Sequence record: SRR20825006_2737 | Length of the DNA stretch: 64,000 bases | Strand: one strand, 5' to 3' | In this document: positions 61,992 through 64,000 of the stretch, one piece after another | How positions within the stretch are numbered: the first letter of the stretch is position 1 | Layout of the letters: each line of letters begins with the position of its first letter | Notes under the pieces: model-generated | The model's input: the letters and a program-made list of their open reading frames with translations, nothing else | Told to the model about the DNA's origin: nothing | Database searches by the model: none | Translations under genes and position numbers: made by a program

Positions 61992-63413
61992 TCAGGCTCG
62001 AATGGAATCGATCTGCCGGCCGTCTCTCTTCTTCGGACCAAGCCGATCCTTGGTGCCAAAGGCATCCAGCATCGTGTTGTAGACATCCAGTCCCTCCGCT
62101 CCAACGTCCATGATCTGGCCGGTCTTGAAACGACCGTTGGCGCCGGTGATGCAATGGAAAACTCCCGACAGCTCTCGCTTCACATCGTTGTGGCGACCAT
62201 CTCCCGATTCGGTCGAAATGGTGATCAATGAGTTCTCCAGAATCGTCCGTCCGTTTGGCTCTCGGCATTCATCGCTGTCCAAAGCACTGAGGAAGTAGGC
62301 GACCTCCTGCATCTTCATATGAGCATGGGCACGCAGCGCATCGTTCTTCTTTTTCTCATTGAACTTGTGCCACCACTCGTGACTGCACCCTTTGTCACCA
62401 CTCGCGTTCTGCTGCCTCGCATCGTCAAACTCCCACAACTTTTTGCCGTTGTAGATGTAGTCGCCGGTCAGCCGAATGCGTTCGCCAGCGGCAAGGAATG
62501 TCAGCGCACCAAAGCGGACACGATCCATCTGTACCGCCAACGCATAAACGTCCGATAGCAATCGCCACTCTGAGGTAAGTTGCTCCAACGTGATATCGAT
62601 GCCTTGGCCACCGGGGTCAGCCGGACCGCCATGCGGAATGATCGAACGAGGCGGGGTCTGCGGGCCGTTCGGTTGCCGATGCTTCATCGCGAACGCTCGC
62701 TGCTCAAATTCACGAATACGATCCAGGTGGTCCGCCACGCGGGCTCGAGACGACGCCCCCAAAGGTGAGTTCGCACCGGTGTAGTGCCGATAGTCTTCAA
62801 CCACCGTATCCAGCACGCTTCGCTTCAATCTTTCGCTTCGATCGCCACCGGCCAGAGCGACACCGCCAAATACGCGTTCAAACAGCTCGCGAGGTTTTTC
62901 CTGGATCGTCGCCGCAACGGTTCCGTCCATGTTGTAACTATGGACATAGCGTCCAACGCGAGATCTGCGAAAGAATGTCCCGCCAGCCAATGTTGGCACC
63001 ATCCCCTTTGGCAGACCGTCAGGATAGTGAGCCCGGCGAATCACCTGATCGATTGATGGCCCACCGGATTTAGCTTCGCCGTCGGGTGGCTCAGCGGTGA
63101 AAGCAGCAGTGGCGCCATCGTAGTGTGCGTTGATGCCTTTTTCGTCGCAGCGAACATGGTCGACCTCACGCATGATCAGCAACTTCTTGCTGAGCGGCTG
63201 CAGTGGCTGAAGAACCCCTTGGAACCCTTCCTTTTGCAATGGTGCTGGAATGCCCAAACCAAAGAATACGTTGAACGCTCGAATCGGAATTTCCGGCGTT
63301 GCATTTGCGGCCACCGCGGTTGAGGCCAACATCTCTTCTAATAGCGGCAGCCCAATCGTGACGGCACCCAAGCTTCGAAGCATTGTGCGGCGATGAATCC
63401 GTTTGCTCTTCAT
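61992..63413 (-). CDS. DUF1552 domain protein, Tat signal
   Basis: HRRTMLRSLG..LPLLEEM, SIDQVI, PRELFERVFG, SVLDTV, HLDRIREFE. Confidence 0.82.
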   Translation of the reverse strand: MKSKRIHRRTMLRSLGAVTIGLPLLEEMLASTAVAANATPEIPIRAFNVFFGLGIPAPLQKEGFQGVLQPLQPLSKKLLIMREVDHVRCDEKGINAHYDGATAAFTAEPPDGEAKSGGPSIDQVIRRAHYPDGLPKGMVPTLAGGTFFRRSRVGRYVHSYNMDGTVAATIQEKPRELFERVFGGVALAGGDRSERLKRSVLDTVVEDYRHYTGANSPLGASSRARVADHLDRIREFEQRAFAMKHRQPNGPQTPPRSIIPHGGPADPGGQGIDITLEQLTSEWRLLSDVYALAVQMDRVRFGALTFLAAGERIRLTGDYIYNGKKLWEFDDARQQNASGDKGCSHEWWHKFNEKKKNDALRAHAHMKMQEVAYFLSALDSDECREPNGRTILENSLITISTESGDGRHNDVKRELSGVFHCITGANGRFKTGQIMDVGAEGLDVYNTMLDAFGTKDRLGPKKRDGRQIDSIRA

Positions 63414-63501
63414 GATAGGTCCTGTAGAAAATGCTTGGACAGGCTGAGCCAGGAACAACGCCCGGGCTGATTGTTGATTCAAATTCCTTGAGCCGCTTCG
63501 G

Positions 63502-63999
63502 TCACGGCTCGTCCTGCGATCGAGTCTTCTGCACCAGATCGCTCATCACCACCGCGGTGACCACATCGGCGTACCGACCGCCCGCACTCGTGGCTTCCTG
63601 ATGAATCCGCTGCACCTCGGTTACATCACGGGCACCCAAAGGTCGGCCCATCGCGAACTGCGTTACTTTCCATGTCAAAGTTTCGCGGACACGATCGCTT
63701 GTCGACAGCAGCTTCATCAAATCGGCGGGCGTCTCGTAGGGCTGCGGCTTTGCTTCCCCGGGGACCACGAGCTGACCTTCCGAACGAAGCTGGTTGCCAA
63801 ACTCGTCTTTGAGATGAAACGCTCCCAAACCATCGAACTGCTCCAAGCCAAACGCGAGCGGCTCGAACTTGATGTGACAACCACCGCACGACTCGTTCTG
63901 AATTCGATCCTCAGCGACATCACGATGAGTCATCCCGGGTTTGGGTGGCACCGGTGTCGTATCGACGCCTGGCGGAGGTGCCCCAATGACACCGCGGAG
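63502..63999 (-). CDS. C-terminus of a DUF1592/DUF1588/DUF1585 planctomycete cytochrome-like protein (5' outside window)
   Basis: PPPGV, CGGCH..EPLAFGLEQFDGLG, FAMGR; lies upstream of DUF1552. Confidence 0.8.
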   Translation of the reverse strand, partial: LRGVIGAPPPGVDTTPVPPKPGMTHRDVAEDRIQNESCGGCHIKFEPLAFGLEQFDGLGAFHLKDEFGNQLRSEGQLVVPGEAKPQPYETPADLMKLLSTSDRVRETLTWKVTQFAMGRPLGARDVTEVQRIHQEATSAGGRYADVVTAVVMSDLVQKTRSQDEP

Positions 64000-64000
64000 C

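Noticed and set aside
1-64000. CRISPR array, transposase, integrase or prophage genes
   Set aside because: None seen; the only repeats are coding low-complexity tracts and terminator hairpins.

Overview
The window looks like Planctomycete chromosome, most likely Rhodopirellula-like. This is inferred from DUF1559 prepilin-like, DUF1552/DUF1592, DUF3500 and PQQ-propeller genes plus a fused ccoNO. Core and housekeeping loci are dnaG-rpoD, a full cbb3 oxidase operon (ccoNO-Q-P-G-H-dsbD-like-I-S), an mnmE-like GTPase with a methyltransferase, an OPG/beta-1,2-glucan locus (opgH, GH144-like, opgG/D), a yihY-floA-rhomboid cluster, tRNA-Leu(TAA), truB, a ferredoxin, an rlmI-like gene and rpmJ. The ORF track misses or mis-starts three small real genes: ccoQ, ccoS and rpmJ. 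The most striking feature is a ~1.3 kb islet just 3' of tRNA-Leu. It holds two divergent genes whose proposed ATGs overlap on one CATG palindrome: a 171-aa kinase-like protein whose DFG lies BEFORE its catalytic-loop motif, and an 80-aa beta-rich partner. All family calls come from motif recognition by eye; no searches were run.
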